NCBI GenBank assembly: GCA_965248355.1
Contig: OZ252098.1
Location: 1,248,001 to 1,312,000 of the forward strand
Direction: 5' to 3'
DNA: 64,000 bases
Origin: Candidatus Latescibacterota bacterium
Lineage (GTDB): Bacteria; Latescibacterota; UBA2968; UBA8231
Part shown: in pieces, positions 62,282 to 64,000 of the stretch
How positions within the stretch are numbered: the first letter of the stretch is position 1
Layout: each line of letters begins with the position of its first letter
Made by a program: the position numbers and the translations under genes
Notes under the pieces: generated by a model
Told to the model about the DNA's origin: nothing
The model's database searches: none
Seen by the model: the letters and a program-made list of their open reading frames with translations, nothing else

Positions 62282-63972
62282 ACCTCCGCTCCGCGATCCG
62301 GCTCCCGGCCGCCCTCGCCCTGAGCGCGGCGATCAGCGGATGGCTGCTGCCCGGGTATGGGCCGCACGGGGGGTGGAGCCTGTTCCCGCCGCTGTGCGCC
62401 ATCGCCGTGGCCGTCATCACGGGACGTCTGGTCCTCGGGCTGTGTACGGCGCTGCTCGGGGCCGCCCTGCTCACCCAGCCCTTCGAGGCTGGATGGGCGG
62501 CCCTCTGGCAGGTCCCGGGAAGGGCGGTGGGCGACTTCGTCTGGCGACCCCTGACCGGCTCCTTCCAGCTCTTCATCCTGGCCTTCACGGTCTCCCTCAT
62601 CGGCATGGTCCGCGTCGTCGCCGTTGCGGGCGGCACACGGGGCATCGCCGAGGCCCTGGCTCGCAGCGCCCACGGCCGGCCCCGGGCCCGGATGGCGACC
62701 TGGCTCCTCGGCCTGGCCATCTTCTTCGACGACTACGCCAACACCCTCGTGGTGGGCACCACCATGCGCCCGGTCTGCGACCGCCTGCGCATCTCCCGGG
62801 AGAAGCTGGCCTACCTGGTCGACTCCACGGCGGCCCCGGTGGCGGGGATCGCCGTGATCAGCACCTGGATCGGTTACGAGGTGGGGCTGCTTCAGGATGC
62901 GATGGACGAGCTGGGCGCGGGGATCTCCGGGTACGAGCTGTTCTTCCGCGCCCTCTCGAGCCGGTTCTACTGCTGGCTCGCCATCCTCTTCGTGGGGGCC
63001 ACCGTCCTGCTGCGCCGGGACGCCGGACCGATGCTGGCCGCCGAACGGCGGGCGGCCACCCGCGGCCAGGTGCTGAGGCCGGGGGCCGTGCCCCTGACGG
63101 GCTCCGGGGCGGAACGGAACCTCGAACCCCCGGAGGGGGTCCGGCCCGACTGGCGCCTGGCGGCGGCGCCGGTCCTCGTGGTTCTGCTCGGGGTGATCCT
63201 CGGCATGCAGTGGGACGCATGGGGGCACCCCGATGTGCGCCGCGCCCGCCTCGAGGAGGGGATCCTGGGCCCCTCCTACTGGACCGCGGTGCTCGGCAAC
63301 GCGGCAGGCGCCAGGGTGATGTTCCTGGCCGCCGTGGCCGGGTCGGTTACCGCCTTTCTCCTGGCCGTCAGCCGCCGCCGGGAGGACGGCGCCCGGCCGG
63401 TCTCGGCCTGGATGGCCCTGCGAGCCTGGCTCGGCGGCGTCACCGGGTTTCACCGGGCCCTGGTGATCCTCATCCTCGCCTGGGCCATCAAGGAGGCCTG
63501 CGCGGCCGTGGACACGAGCGGCTACCTGCTGGCCGCCCTGGGGGACTCCATGCCGCCCCATCTTCTGCCCGTGCTCGTCTTCCTGCTGGCCGCGGCCGTC
63601 GCCTTCTCCATCGGCACGTCGTGGACGACGATGGCGATCCTGCTGCCCACGACCCTGCCCCTGGCCCACGCCCTCGGCGGCCTGCCGACGACGGTTCTCG
63701 TGGCCGCGGCGGTCCTCGACGGCGCCATCTTCGGGGACCACTGCTCGCCGATCAGCGACACCACGGTGCTGTCGAGCGTCGCCGCCGGGTGCGACCATCT
63801 CGATCACGTGAAGACCCAGGTCCCCTATGCCCTGGGCATCATGTCCGTGGCCGCCGTGTTCGGGTACCTGGGCACGGCCGTGGCCTATCCGGCGTGGGTC
63901 GGACTGGTCCTGGGGATCGCGGTATCCTGGGGAGGGCTGCGGCTGCTGGGCGAGGATCCCGACGCCCCCTGA
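62278..63972 (+). CDS. Na+/H+ antiporter NhaC family protein (start uncertain, possibly CTG)
   Basis: 'WSLFPPL', 'IFFDDYAN', 'ISREKLAYLVDSTAAP', 'GTSWTT', 'FGDHCSPISDTTVLSS', 'HVKTQ'. Confidence 0.85.
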   Translation: MNLRSAIRLPAALALSAAISGWLLPGYGPHGGWSLFPPLCAIAVAVITGRLVLGLCTALLGAALLTQPFEAGWAALWQVPGRAVGDFVWRPLTGSFQLFILAFTVSLIGMVRVVAVAGGTRGIAEALARSAHGRPRARMATWLLGLAIFFDDYANTLVVGTTMRPVCDRLRISREKLAYLVDSTAAPVAGIAVISTWIGYEVGLLQDAMDELGAGISGYELFFRALSSRFYCWLAILFVGATVLLRRDAGPMLAAERRAATRGQVLRPGAVPLTGSGAERNLEPPEGVRPDWRLAAAPVLVVLLGVILGMQWDAWGHPDVRRARLEEGILGPSYWTAVLGNAAGARVMFLAAVAGSVTAFLLAVSRRREDGARPVSAWMALRAWLGGVTGFHRALVILILAWAIKEACAAVDTSGYLLAALGDSMPPHLLPVLVFLLAAAVAFSIGTSWTTMAILLPTTLPLAHALGGLPTTVLVAAAVLDGAIFGDHCSPISDTTVLSSVAAGCDHLDHVKTQVPYALGIMSVAAVFGYLGTAVAYPAWVGLVLGIAVSWGGLRLLGEDPDAP

Positions 63973-64000
63973 TCCGGGGAACCGCCGGGTCTACCAGGAA

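Overview
High-GC bacterial chromosomal segment, gene-dense and mostly housekeeping or catabolic. Gene style suggests an FCB-group lineage such as Ca. Latescibacterota (inference only). It holds about 48 protein-coding genes (two interrupted by frameshifts), one tRNA-Thr(UGU), several clear sigma70 promoters and one sigma54-type promoter. I saw no mobile element, prophage or CRISPR array. Recognisable genes: zapA, infC (AUC start), rplC, pcm, rlpA, pyrD/pyrK, carB, nnr, galU, uvrB, dnaK, pgi, gnd, dsbD, aroA, rarA, cvpA. Most notable points: (1) a nitrite/sulfite reductase with two Cys ligand sets and a HEPN-like tail, coupled to an uncharacterised protein and followed by a ferredoxin, with no sulfur or nitrogen pathway genes nearby; (2) normally operonic core genes standing alone (rplC and infC with their own promoters, dnaK under a sigma54-type promoter, carB without carA); (3) a structured RNA between a consensus promoter and zapA; (4) a TPR/TonB-C lipoprotein translationally coupled inside the pyrimidine operon; (5) an MFS-HEAT fusion with three lesions; (6) a CinA-like/nucleotidyltransferase fusion co-transcribed with nnr. 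Most long ORFs in the supplied track are antisense or frame shadows caused by high GC3. All family calls come from motif recognition by eye, not database searches.
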